From Octopus vulgaris (taxonomy: Eukaryota), in the NCBI GenBank assembly GCA_951406725.2, contig OX597834.1, forward strand, positions 9,238,001 through 9,302,000: 64,000 bases of DNA. The letters run 5' to 3'. A model generated the notes under the pieces. That model searched no databases and was not told the origin of the DNA. It saw only the letters and a program-made list of their open reading frames with translations. Shown piece after piece: positions 1-12,905 of the stretch. The number at the start of each line of letters is the position of its first letter. The stretch's first letter is position 1. A program made the position numbers and the translations under genes.

Positions 1-774
1 CTGATTGTAACACAAAAAAGAAGATAAATTTGAACACGGTTCTATTGAAGCTAACATATTAATCAGATATAAATCATTTGATTTTGTTTCTCTCTAGAAA
101 AATTCTTATAAGTTAGCACCTGTCGATTAAATGTTGCAGAAGTACCTGGTTTGATGTTACAATATTTTCCATTTACATTTTAAATTTCTAGCTTTTACTT
201 TTCTCTCATACGAAACTTATACATTCAAAGTAATTACGACTACACTATATTTCACTCGCTTCGATGTCTAGTTATTGTAAGGCTGTCGTACTCCTGCCTA
301 TACATATGTATGAGAGGCTTAAAAGATATTGGCAGTGTCATTATTTTTTTTCAGAAATATAAACCCTGATTATAATCTTGTCTGCGATCGTGAATATATT
401 TTTGAAAATTACAGATAATGATGACGGGAGAGCGGATAAAAAGAAACACGCTGGAAATATATTATTTTTAATATGCATTCTAAATATAAACTTAATCATC
501 TGTAAAATCGTGAACGTAATAGTTACAACTAAGCTAAGTATTTAGTTTAAATAAAGTTTACTATGTTATTTTACATTGTCAGCATATCATATCGTTAAAG
601 GTTTAATTTATGTATAAATAAATGCGCTGAAGGAAATAACTAAAATATAACATGTACATGTTAAGGTCTGATATACAGAATGTCATACGCAGAGAATTAT
701 GAATTAATTGAAATTATTTGCTTAGTCGGAGAATGCAAACTAATACGCTGAGATAATCAGTATAATAATTGATA

Positions 775-1175
775 TCTTTATATATAAAAGTCAAGTTGTG
801 TGTCTGTCTCCTAAGATTTAGATTCCTAACTACTCCCACATTTTGCGGTGCAGTTTAACCAAAACCGGGTATCTTATAGTCGTGATTCATATCGAGCCCT
901 TCTGGGTATTAGCGCGCGTCTACGATGAGTCTACGACTTAAAAAATAATTTACCATCATTTTCTTCCATTTTAATGCATTTTTTCGCTATTATATAAGGG
1001 AAGTAACTCTCTAAAAATGTCTACGATGAGTCAACGATTAAAAAAAAAAAATTACCATCATTTTCTCCCCATTTTTAATGCATTTTTTTTGCTATTTTTT
1101 TGGCTATAACTCTCTAAAAATGCTTATATAGTTATTTCCCTTACAAACCCGAGCAATGCCGGGCGATACTGCTAG
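775..1175 (+). mobile_element. Non-autonomous Helitron (family 1) with an internal ~100 bp tandem duplication
   Basis: A|TCTTTATATATAAAAG 5' end; 3' hairpin CCCGAGCAATGCCGGG then GATACTGCTAG|T; A/T target with no TSD; 918-1018 repeated at 1019-1121. Confidence 0.85.
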
Positions 1176-1812
1176 TTATACGAAAAAAATTAGAAGAGAA
1201 CATTTAAAAAAAATATGTTGAAAATTAATCACATTCAGTCTTGTGATTGTTCCCTCTTTAACTAAAATATAAATTTCCATTATCGAAATTTTTTGCGTGC
1301 ATTGCGTGTGGTATTAATGTCACAAAATGTCTAACTTGAAAAAAAAAAGATTGACTTCGAATTTAACTGACCAATGGTTCAAAACGTGTTTTTAATATAA
1401 AGTTATTCACCTACCACAGATTGGCTCTATTTCCGTCGTTTCATGTGGGATTCTTGCGATGATACTTGCTTATACGTGTGTTTCTCTCTGTTGTGCCGTA
1501 CAACATCGGGTATGGTATTGGCATTGTCTAGGCAAATGTAGACCAGCTTATCATTACGAGCATTAAGGGTAATAATTCGAAATATTATGGGTGCATATCT
1601 ACTTCCATAATCTTCTCTTTGTCTTTGTAGTCTGGTTTTCTTCAGGCTACCACTGTATAGAAATAATGAACCGTTCATGCAGGTTGGCTTTATTAGTGAA
1701 ATCGTGTTCGATATGCTATTCAGAAAAACGTATTTCATTTAATTGAGCCTGTATCAAAAACAGCAAACGAAGATGAGATCTATTCATCTTCGTAAAAATT
1801 TCATTAATATAA

Positions 1813-1987
1813 GGCGCAAGAGTGGCTGTGTGGTATGTAGCTTGCTTACCAACCACATGGTTCCGAGTTCAGTCCCCACTGCGTGGCATCTTGGGCAAGT
1901 GTTTTCTACTATCGCCTCGGGCCGACCAAAACCTTGTGAGTGGATTTGGTACACGGAAACTGAAAGAAGCCCGTCGTATATATATGC

Positions 1988-2032
<45 letters not shown>

Positions 2033-2342
2033 TACGACGGGCTTCTTCAGTTTCCGACTACCAAATCCACTCACAAGGCTTATATATATATATATATATA
2101 TGTGTATGTGTGTGTGTGTGTGTGTATGTGTTTGTGTGTCTGTGTTTGTACCCCTAGCATTGCATGACAACCGAAGCTGGTGTGTCTACGTTCCCGTAAC
2201 TTAGCGGTTCGGCAAAACAGACCGATAGAATAAGTACTAGGCTTACAAAGTATAAGTCCTGGTGTCGATTTGCTCGACCAAAGGCGGTGCTCCAGCATGG
2301 CCGCAGTCAAATGATTGAAACAAGTAAAAGAGTAAAGGAGTA
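1813..2342 (+). mobile_element. SINE family A (tRNA-derived head, CORE-like block, internal TA/TG tract), full length
   Basis: Head GGCGCAAGAGTGGCTGTGTGGT, B-box-like GAGTTCAGTCCC, CTTGGGCAAGTG block, tail GGCGGTGCTCCAGCATGGCCGCAGTC-(AGTAAAAG)n; many copies in the window. Confidence 0.9.
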
Positions 2343-3156
2343 TCACTCGTCGGTTTTGTGCCTCCAGCTCTAAGGACAAAAGCAGAACACATGGCTCTAA
2401 CAAATAAACTATTTTACAGTTCATCATAAAACGGTTTTAATGTGTTAAGTGCCAAAGACAGGACTTCAACACGTAACTGTATTCAGTGTCCTTCCCTTTT
2501 ACCCTTGCGAATATATGATAGTTATGAAGTAGTTTTTTTTTTCTAGCAAATTAGACACTAGGTGACCAAGTTATATATATTTCTCCTTACCTATCACGCA
2601 AAAGTTGAAACAGTCGCCTGTTTTCAACATGACCTGACCCCAAAATCGATATTTCATGCAGGGCAGCAATTTTAGTTATGTTTACTTAATTTTTTGTGCG
2701 ACGTAAGCCGATTTTCTCAAACAACAGGAGCCGTCACCCTGCAGATTTCGTGTATTCAAAGATTTAACATTCAGCTGCTTCTTGACAGCTTTCTTAATAG
2801 AATCGGTACATTTAATAATGACTGAATAAAATCTACATTTTATAAAGTTTAACTGCCCCGTTGTGAAAGAAACTACCTGAATATTTTTGAAGCGTAAGCA
2901 CATTTTCAAATTATACAAAGAAGACTACATTATTCATTTTCTGTCAGTATCAGAAAGAGAGTAGATTATTTTGGATGACTTTTAGATTAATTAGTAATTT
3001 TAATAGTTTTAAACATAAACAGTTCTTGCAAAATATTCATGGTGCAACTTCAGTTCTTAATATCAGTATATCTATTTAATATATAAGTGGAACAAAATAA
3101 ACCTACTTGCAAAATATATTTCTACTTCACCGAAGAGTTATAAGGGCAACATTCAG

Positions 3157-3362
3157 CCGAGGACAAAATCCCAAAGGACAAATTTTACACAAGAATATCA
3201 ATGAATACTAAAATATTTTTATACAATTTCACAATCCTAAAATATTTTTATTGTAATGAAAGAATAATATCCTGGTGGATATTTACTGTCGGGGGATTTC
3301 ATCCGGGGGTGGTACTTTGTGCAGGGTGGCTTTTGTCCTTGTGGGGATTTTGTCTTAGTACC
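3157..3362. mobile_element. Degenerate foldback/MITE-like element
   Basis: GGACAAAATCCC motifs on the left and iterated inverted GGGATTTTGTC/GGCTTTTGTCC motifs on the right. Confidence 0.45.
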
Positions 3363-6207
3363 TGCTGAAGATATAGACATCAGCTGTATCTGCGAAGAGG
3401 CTGCACATATGTGTAATCGAACTAAGATATGAAACTCTTTTGTGGACATGGGCGCCATCAGTTCCTCAGAAGATAACAGGGAGATGTTATTTAAACTATC
3501 ACAGCAGGTGAAACGACTATTATTAGCTACATGGACCATGTAAAACCAGCAACTAATCACCAAAATTTTAAAAACTCTTCTACGTTTTGGGCGCAATTTT
3601 GAATAGGAACGTTCATGTAATTTATTACAGATTTGCAATATTATATTCATGTCTTTGCATGGACAAATATGCGGATCTTTCTGAAGGATTTTATTCTTTT
3701 CCCTCCAGTCTTTTCAGGTAATCCAATTTTCTTTTCATTAAGTTGTCTTAATTTGTGGGCTAGTTCTCCAAAATTTCTTCATTGTCTGCTTTTCTTTACT
3801 TATGCAAAAACACTGATCATACAATTGTTCTTCAACCATTCTGCAATATATTTTACCAATATACCCTTTTTCAGCTCCTTAATTATATTAGAGACATTTT
3901 TTTCTGTAGATATTCTAATAATCCAAAGTTATTTCATGTTGCATATATTTTGTTGTTTACATAAGAACTGCTAGAATGTTTGTGTTCATTGATCTTTTCG
4001 GACAAATTATATTCTCCTGCAAGCTTTTATTATTTTGCAATGACAGTTTAAATCTCGTTTTCCCTGTTTGTTTTATAAATGGTGACTATTTATGATATGA
4101 CTTCGATGAAAACTTCTCAGCGTCGACGTTTTCTCCTTTATATACTTTAACGATATCATTTTAGTTACGGTTTAGAGTTGTTTTAAATTTATGTCCATGT
4201 TGTAAATTTATTAATTTTTTAGTAAAAGATTCGGTTTCGGATCATTTGGTTAGAAATAATCTCGAATACTTGATGTGTGAGGTTTGGGAACCGTGTTTAT
4301 CATTATTAATAGTGTGGGTAGGTGCATCTTAGGTTTTATATTAAATAACTATCGTCTCGGATCCATTTGTCCCTTGAATTTCGATTGAACATTTTGATGA
4401 AGTAGTTTCCCTGTTGTTCATATGTCTAGATACAAGACACAGAATATTGCCGTAACGAAAATATTGTATGTATATTTGTAAGCATATTTAAAAGAAAACT
4501 GCGAAGTATTTCTCAGCTTTTAGTGAGTTGGAATAGAAATTACTAGATATAATTGATAACAATCATTTATTATTAATTTGATCATTCAGGAAAATGAGAT
4601 GATTACAACTGACATTTACGGTAAAGAGACTGGCACTAACGAAGCTATAGGCTTTATATATTGTCATCTATGACTTACCAAACAGGAAATCTTATTTAAT
4701 ATAGTAATTAGTAGATGTACAGTAGTTAATTTGCGACCGAACGAAAACGTCTTCCATGTGGACACCTAGAAGAGTTTGAAATATTCCTGCGGTGACAGAA
4801 ATATCTTATCCATTGTTTAAATATCCAAACTTTGATGTAAATAGAAACCACCATAGTAAACATGATAATACATAAAATAAGATTCTGTAGGAGTTTTCTT
4901 TCCATCACAGGATCCACAACTTCTTACATTCAACAAAACTATAGTTTCCAACTATACAATACTCCCAGGAATGAAATTTAAAGAATATCATTCAGAAGTT
5001 ACAGAATATTAAGCGTTGGAATCAACTGCCTATTATTCTTTAAACGAATTGTAACACATGATAAATATATTCTGATAGAAAAAAATGTTGAAATAGTAAA
5101 ATAGGAACGCAGTCAACTCACATCAATTTCGTGCAGAAACGTGTAATTTAAATGTTAAGCATCAAAAACATGTTAAGTACCTCTTACCTGAAACAAATCA
5201 ATCTTAATGTAGATCATAGTCTTCAAACAGGAACAATGCTAATTTACCGAGTCAGGGTACACGAACAAGAGATAAGATAATGGTTACGTTTTATGGGGCT
5301 GTTATATGTTAAGCACGTTGACATTTTTCTACAAAAAGAAAGGTTCAAATTATTACCCTTTGAATGAAAGCTGAAAATGAAAATCTTCGAAAATGTAAAA
5401 GAATATCGTATAAACAATTTTAGTCCAAGAGGAAACAAAAAAATTCGTATCCGAGAGGAACAGAACTCTTATTTGAATATTGATAAAGAAAACTCTGATT
5501 TTTACAATAGGTCTTCGGAGATGCTGAGGGCAAAAATCGACGTTCATGTCTATGTAACATCTGCACTTTCTGATTGTGTTAAATAATTCTAATTCAAGAT
5601 AAATAAGCGTTTTCAAATATTTTGTCTATACGAAGAAATGTTATTTAAAATGTTATATATAAAATGCAGAAATGTTAGTCTATTTGAGTGATAGGAAGAG
5701 AGAGAAAGAGATTTAATATGGATGTGTGGGTGTAAACACACACCTCTAATCGGTGTCCTATACACACCCATATACATGCAGACAAATACGCCCACCCATG
5801 CACACGCTCACCCAAACACACACACAAACACGCACACACAAACATATATATATACACGCATACATATTATGCATATACATACATTATATATGATTCAGTA
5901 TGTTTCATTTCATTGATTTTTAAACTTACAAATTTTCCATGCTTTACTCTGGTGTAGTATAATGTCTATTATTAATAATAATTATTATTATTGTTCATTT
6001 TTTACTTCTGTTTTTGTTTTCTGTTTTAATTATTCTTCGAAAATATTTCATACATTTTTCCCTGTGACTTCACCAAAAACAAACATAAATTCATTTCCGT
6101 ATGATGCTTCTTACGTCAATATTATGGTTGAACGTCATGTTCAAACTACCTAATTAATTTCTGAGATATAACAGGCGTTAGTATTATTTTTCCAAAAACA
6201 ATTTAAG

Positions 6208-6441
6208 AATAATAATAATAATGATTTTAATAATAATAATAATAATGATTTTAGTAATAATAATAATATTAATGATTTAATAGTAATAATATTAATAATA
6301 ATAATAATTTTAATAATAATAATAATAAAGATTTTAGTAATAATAATAATAATGATTTTAATAATAATAATAATAAAGATTTTAGTAATAATAATAATAA
6401 TAATGATTTTAATAATAATAATAATAATAATAATAATGAAT

Positions 6442-6475
<34 letters not shown>

Positions 6476-6580
6476 TTTTAGTAATAATAATAATATTAAT
6501 GATTTTAATAATAATAATAATATTAATAATAATAATGATTTTAGTAATAATAATAATGATTATTATTATTATCATTATTA
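6208..6580. repeat. Compound (AAT)n array with a GATTTT(AAT)n higher-order unit
   Basis: Read directly; source of the poly-Ile ORFs. Confidence 0.95.
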
Positions 6581-6946
6581 TCTTTGCTGCTGTTGTTATT
6601 TATTAAGATTATTATAATGACCACCACCTCTACTACTACTACTACAATTCTTATTATTGCTGATGCTGTTCGATTTGTTGTTCATTTTGCTGTTCTGTTA
6701 ATGTCGCTGACGTTGGTGGCGGTAGGTACTTCTATTGTTTTGCTGATTATTTTCAATGCATAACCGACCACAAATCAGTGTGACTACAACGGAACATAGG
6801 CACATTTTTCTTGTTTCTGCACTCTTTCATCAACAATAAAATGTTACGTCAAATTCAGAGTATTAATTTTCCGTACATATTCTGTATATACGTAGGTAGG
6901 GCCTAATTTTTCACATACAACTTGTCACATTATTTTCATTATTATT

Positions 6947-7141
6947 AAGCTGGCAGAAATGTTAGCGCGCCTGGTAAAACGCTTTTCGGTATTTCCGCTG
7001 TTTTTGCGTTCTGGTTTCGAATTCCGCCGAGGACGATTTGCTTTGTAACTTTTGAGACCAATGAGTAAAAGTTGAATCCTGGGGTTGATGTAATCGACAT
7101 AAACCTCCCCGAAACTGCTGGCTTTGTGTCAAAATCTGAAA
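6947..7141 (+). mobile_element. SINE family B (tRNA-derived, Nin/Meta-like domain), degenerate
   Basis: AGCTGGCAGAAATGTTAGC...GAATTCCGCCGAGG...GGGGTTGATGTAATCGAC; homologous to the copies at 26947 and 35429. Confidence 0.8.
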
Positions 7142-7148
7142 TAATATA

Positions 7149-7315
7149 CTGTTTATGTTTAAAGATAATAATAATCGTTATTATTATTATTATTATCATT
7201 ATTATGATTATTATTATTGTTATTATTATGATTATTATTATTATTATCACTATTGCTATTATTATTATTAGTAGTAGTAGTAGTAGTAGCATTAGTAGTA
7301 GTAGTAGCAGCAGCA
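7149..7315. repeat. (ATT)n/(AGT)n microsatellite
   Basis: Read directly. Confidence 0.9.
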
Positions 7316-7390
7316 TAACCGTGAAACGCCAGCAATCGGGTCGATGGAATCGACTAGCCCCTTCTTTCAACGCATTATTTATGGGAAGTC

Positions 7391-7433
<43 letters not shown>

Positions 7434-7669
7434 GGTGGGTCATCGTTTCCCCCTTTATACTGCACAATCCTTTCCTTTGGAAAAATTATCCTCCCTGTAT
7501 GTCACCGAATATTATCATGAAACCAAAGATGGTTGTTACGTTCTAGCATTGACTTAAGTCATTCAAGATTCTCGCAGTAGATCTCTTTTGTTATTGTTTC
7601 GTTTGGGTCTAAAAGTTCAAATTAGACTAAACATTTCTTACCCCACCAAACAGATAACAACTACTTACG

Positions 7670-8401
7670 TGACTGAAGACCGTTTGTAGACTGGGTTGTC
7701 GCTGTTACTACTTTCCCTACCCACTCTCTTTGGCGCTTGACATACTTAAAGTGAGCCCATTTCTCGTCACCAGTTGCTATTCGGTCCCTAAGAGGGTCAT
7801 TCGTAAGATGTGACTGGAAAGAAAAGCAGGTATTTAATCTCTGCGCGAGATTAGACTCTGAGTTTGTTAGGAACCCATTGACCTAATTCGCTGACTTTTC
7901 CGGTGGCACGCTGGTGTCTTATGAAATACTGAATAACGAGATCCAAGCTGTTCTATTAGTTCCTCAACAGATACAATGGGATTTTGTTCTATCAGGGTTT
8001 ACAGGACATTCTCATCGAGCTCTACAAATCTTCCAGGACGAGGTTCGTCTTCTAGGCTGTAGTTCCCAACTCAGAATTTTTGGAACCACCATTGACACTG
8101 ACTTGCGAACATTGCACGATCCCCATATGCTGCATTAATATTCCTCGCACTATCTGCGTTGTTGTTACCTTCATTGAACTCATAAAGCAAAATATTCCAA
8201 ATATGCTCCTTTTTCACTGCCATTGTAGCTTTGAAAATATAATTGTTACAATCAAACTGCACTCTTCAAAACATGCACCGCGAATAAGGGTTAAAATGAG
8301 TACCTGCTTTTTAGCAAGTTGATTCAGGTAGTGTTGTCTGATCCACTCCGACTTTTGGTTCATGCAATTGAAAAAACGCATTATTTATTGGATGACCCAC
8401 T
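7670..8401 (-). mobile_element. Decayed mariner transposon: 5' TIR plus N-terminal half of the transposase
   Basis: MAVKKEHIWNILLYEF...QWWFQKF*VGNYSLEDEPRPGR HTH region and downstream IATGDEKW (first catalytic D motif); stops and frameshifts; TA-flanked end near 8401. Confidence 0.85.
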
Positions 8402-8412
8402 ATACATACATA

Positions 8413-8464
<52 letters not shown>

Positions 8465-9402
8465 ATTATATGGTAATAGCAAACAGTCAGAACGAACACC
8501 CAACGTCGCATTAATGGTTAAATATTCTTTAATTTGGAGTTCAAGAGATAAAGGTAGTTTAACGTGAGGGAAGACTCTCAAAAATTATCAAGCCTCCCAC
8601 ATGGGGATATTACGAGCATGAACTCTCTCTTGTTAATCCATAAATGTTTGTGTGTGTGTGTGTTTGTAATTGGGAGTGAAATTCAAGATATTGCAATGAT
8701 AATTCTACGATACGGATCAGCGTCTCGGAAGGCCATTTCATATAAGATGCAAGAGCATAATATGGACATAATATTGAATTACTTCTTTATAAGAGTCTTG
8801 GACATGTTTTATGAACATGTAGATAAATATTACTTCCGATTGGCCTGCACAAATTTCTCTCAAGACAGGAAAACTTCTGACGAGGTGATAAATATAGAAA
8901 TATTTTATAGGGCAAATGTTAAGTTGCTTTTATATAATTTACAGAACCATTTGTAAGAATGTCGCCTGTGCATGAAATATTGTCATTTGGAAATCTAGCT
9001 GTGAAAATGTATTATAGATGGGAAAACCTATTCGAGCTACGCATCATAAACGCAAAGAGAAAAAAATTTCATGAGAGATATATTCCACAACATTTAGATG
9101 GCTAATCTGATAAGATTTATCAGTTATTTTCCATTCCCGTAAGTACAGTCATCATGTATTTGCATTCATTCATTCATACCTGACTTACAAGCTCTACGGT
9201 AATCAGTTAGAAAAGGTATCGTTTCGGGCACAAACACACGTGGAAAATCACAAACAAAGCACACATAGCATGCCAAAAACATACATATCCGCGCAGACAT
9301 ACACATGTCCTACACTCCTTCGGTTCCCGACTCGAATATCATTTGCTTTTAAAACTTATTATTCCTGTCACTACATGTTCAATGTATGGTTCATATGCAC
9401 AC

Positions 9403-9473
9403 GGGCATCTGGCGTACTGGTTAAGAGCGCGGGCTTCTAACCCCAAGATTCCGAGATCGATTCCAAGCAATGA

Positions 9474-9520
<47 letters not shown>

Positions 9521-9714
9521 GTAATAATAGTATCGAAGAATACGTTAGGAATGAGAACCCAGGTTCGAAATTTCCCCAAGACACTTGAAGAAGGCTGGAA
9601 AGTATATCAGCCAAAACGTTGTGTTAACAACAAACAAGATGAGGACAAATATCCATCGAATGTAAATAATATAAATAATGTAAATAATTCCTAATCTCTT
9701 GAATATAGAACTGT
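9403..9714 (+). mobile_element. tRNA-headed short element with (AAT)n linker and hammerhead-like tail
   Basis: A box TGGCGTACTGG, anticodon-like loop CT-TCT-AA, B-box-like GAGATCGATTCC; (AAT)n at 9478-9530; hammerhead-like motif at 9580-9625. Confidence 0.7.
9580..9625 (+). ncRNA. Minimal type I hammerhead-like motif, core mutated
   Basis: GACAC/GTGTT stem I, tTGAAGA, A, GGCTG/CAGCC stem II, aAAA-C-GTT; C3 and G12 substituted. Confidence 0.55.
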
Positions 9715-9916
9715 GTGGATCATTTTATTTTTGCTGATCCTACACAGGATCTGCGAAGGATCGTTAATGTCTGAAGACATTACAGAGAGACAGACAGATA
9801 GATGTGGAGATATTAAAGACAGGCTGTCAGAGAGACAGATCTGAAGACATTAGAGAGAGAGTCTGAGAGAATCATGGAATAATTAAATGCAAAATCAAAC
9901 GATAAAAAAGTAGATA

Positions 9917-10017
9917 GGCGCAGGTGTGGCTCTGTGGTAAATAGCTTCCTTACCAACAACATGGTCCCGGGTTCAGTTCCACCGCGTGGCATCTTGGGGA
10001 AGTGTCTTCTACTATAG
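9917..10017 (+). mobile_element. SINE A head fragment
   Basis: Homology to the 1813 copy. Confidence 0.85.
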
Positions 10018-10992
10018 ATACCTTACAATAATTATTTTCTGTTATCATTTATGAATAAGTTCCAATCTTCTCCACAAACACTTTTCTCTCTCATAGTTTG
10101 AACGGCGCAACGTGAGCGAAACGATTCATGGTCGTTCTTTTACCGTCTGTAGAACCACTGCATAAATAAATTATAAATGGAATACTTTTGGCGATTACTA
10201 AATCCTAATCATGTTAGTACTTGGATTTGAAAAAGCGGTATTTACTTCATCGGTCACTTTTGCAGGCCCCTTAAGTTAAGAGGGAGTAGGGAAACCAACG
10301 CTGGTTTTATAGTGGTGGAAATGGAGAAAGGAACACACGCACAAACGTACATACAATGTATTATTTTTTATAGCTTCCCTCTATTGTATCTACTCAGAAG
10401 AATTTTTTTTCCTAGATTATTTTGGCTGCCATAAAATTAGTAATAAAATTAAAAGACAAAAATAAAAGAAATGAATTATTAAATCTATTTGTGGAAATAG
10501 TAACAAGTCTGCAAAGATTGAGGGTCGAGGTGAGATTGGAAGTTATTTCTTTTCATTTACAATAAATAATAATTTCTAATAAAGATGCAGGACCTTAAAT
10601 TTATAGGAGAGATATAATCAGTTATTTGATGAGAATTTTTTCTTGCCATCCCCAGAAGTATGGAAAGTAAAGCTAACCCAAGTGTAATTTGAACTTGGAA
10701 CATAAATGACCATAGCTAAATATGGCAAGGTGTTTCCTTTTGTTTTTCATGATCTAATAATAATAATACCTCCTGACTTGGGGCACAATTTTATAAATTT
10801 TGAAGAGAAAATAAACAGTCACTTGAATCCCAGTATGTATATCGTATCAGTCCCCTCCTCAATAGAAGGAAAGGAGCTAAAGTTAACCATGGATAGATAT
10901 GAACTCAAACTGTAAAGAGACATGATTAGATACCGCAAGGTATTCTAGCCATCGCCCTTTATAATAATAATAATAATAAAGATGTCTGGAGT

Positions 10993-11090
10993 TATAGTAG
11001 AAGACACTTTCCCAATTGTCCCATTACGGCTTTGAATCGAGAAGAATGTGGATGAAAGACTAACCTCTTAGCATACAACTACGCCTGCTC
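10993..11090 (-). mobile_element. SINE A head, old
   Basis: TATAGTAGAAGACACTT...CGCCTGCTCC. Confidence 0.6.
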
Positions 11091-12086
11091 CATTCTGTAT
11101 GCAGCTCAGACCTAAATGCTTAACTATGATGTCTACAGTATTCATGTCCCATATATGTCTGTGCATCTCTTCTACGTAGCTCAATATATACCACTGGGTT
11201 CATAGAACTTATCCATCTTTATCTAACAGAATATTTTATATTTTTTCATTCATTATGCTGTGCTCACGCTTTTCATATAATCCAGATTTCATATCGATAT
11301 TTATGGTAATCTGATCCATGTAATTTGCTTCACAAAGTTACCGTCTCTTTGTTATTTAGTGTAAATGTAGCGATCATCCATAAATAACAATTATTGTTTT
11401 CCTACGAATAATTTATATCACGGTAAATTGTTTTTTTTAGATAAATGTTTTAAAGCCACGTAAAAAACAAAAACAACAACAAAAAAACGTGTGGTAAGAG
11501 AGAAGGAACTTTGTTTATTCTTTGTCGTTTATGATAAACCCTTTTATTTGAGTCTATAGAAATGTTTGCCATTTATCATTTATTCATATTTTATGTTCCT
11601 GCTTATTTATGGCGTGAACTTCATTTTGATTAATGTTTCCAGATTCGACGCGGGGCATTGGTGAATTGTCAAAAGACCTTTGTTAGTCGATACATGCCAT
11701 ATTCAAACCCATCTTTTTCCATCAGTTATGGATTTGTTGTTCACAAATATGAATATCGTAGAATCCTATCAGCTCCTCAATAAATTACATATTTTCAGGT
11801 TATCATTCAACTACAGTCACGGTGGCAAATACTGAGACTGCCAGACGCATGGCTGATTATAATGTAACAGACAGACAAATGGCTGAATAGACAGATTTGT
11901 CCATGTCAATCTGTGTATGTACGGATTTCTGTGTAGTGTCATGTGTTAATTTTTTTTTGTATGGTATAAATATTCGATTTGTCGCTTAGCAGAGATAATG
12001 TGTGTTGGATCCGTTACGGTATAATAACGAATTTTTAATGACTAACTTGCCAACTGTAACATTGTCTGACCTATTTTGACATTATT

Positions 12087-12246
12087 CAGGCGTGGCTGCA
12101 TGGTAAGATGCTTGCTTCCTAACGTCATGGTACCGAGTTCAGTTCCACTGCGTGGCACCCTGAGCATGCTTCTTCTACTACAGACTCAGGCCGACCAAAC
12201 CTTGTGATTGGATATGATAGACCGAAACTGCAAAGGGCCTGTTGTA
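12087..12246 (+). mobile_element. SINE A 5' half
   Basis: Homology to the 1813 copy up to the TA tract. Confidence 0.8.
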
Positions 12247-12349
12247 TATATATATATATATAATTATTTGAGGGAACATTAATCCTAACTTACAGGGAAA
12301 ACATTCAATTTAGAAATACTAAATCAATTTACTTAATCATCGGTATTTA

Positions 12350-12580
12350 ATTTTTTTTTTTTTTTTTTTTTGTACTTGTTTCAGTCATTTGACTGCGGCC
12401 ATGCTGGAGCACCGCCTTTAGAGTGGTGAAAGAGTACAGCAGGGATCACCACATCCCGCCGGAGCCTCGTGGAGCTTTTAGGTGTTTTTTTCGCTCAATA
12501 AACACACACAACGCCCGGTCTGGGAATCGAAACCGCGATCCTCCGACCGCAAGTCCGCTGCCCTAACCACTAGGCCATTG
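12350..12580 (-). mobile_element. Chimeric SINE: family C head, family A tail, poly(A)
   Basis: 12421-12580 matches the head of the 30373 copy; 12373-12420 matches the SINE A 3' tail; T-run at 12350-12371. Confidence 0.85.
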
Positions 12581-12672
12581 TTATTTTAATTTTAATATTT
12601 CTATTATATGTAATTTTCTAGATGGTGTAATTTAATTGTTCATTTTGAATTGATAAAAGGTGTGTTTTTCTA

Positions 12673-12728
<56 letters not shown>

Positions 12729-12740
12729 TTATACGTATGT

Positions 12741-12905
12741 ACGACCGTCTTCTTCCAGTTGCCTTCTACCAAATCTACTCACATGGGTTGCGTCTACTCG
12801 AACCAATAGTAGAAGGCACTTGACCAAGGTGATATATAGTATGACTGGACCCGGAGCCATGTGGTTGGAAAGCAATATTCTTATTACACAGACACTCCAG
12901 TGCCT
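12741..12905 (-). mobile_element. SINE A 5' half, degenerate
   Basis: Reverse-complement homology to the SINE A head. Confidence 0.7.

Noticed and set aside
6150-6606. Poly-Ile, poly-Asn and poly-Leu ORFs (also 7.0, 19.2 and 26.7 kb)
   Set aside because: Trinucleotide microsatellites
8564-8956. 130-aa ORF with GTG start
   Set aside because: No recognisable domain, contains a TG repeat, non-ATG start in a eukaryote
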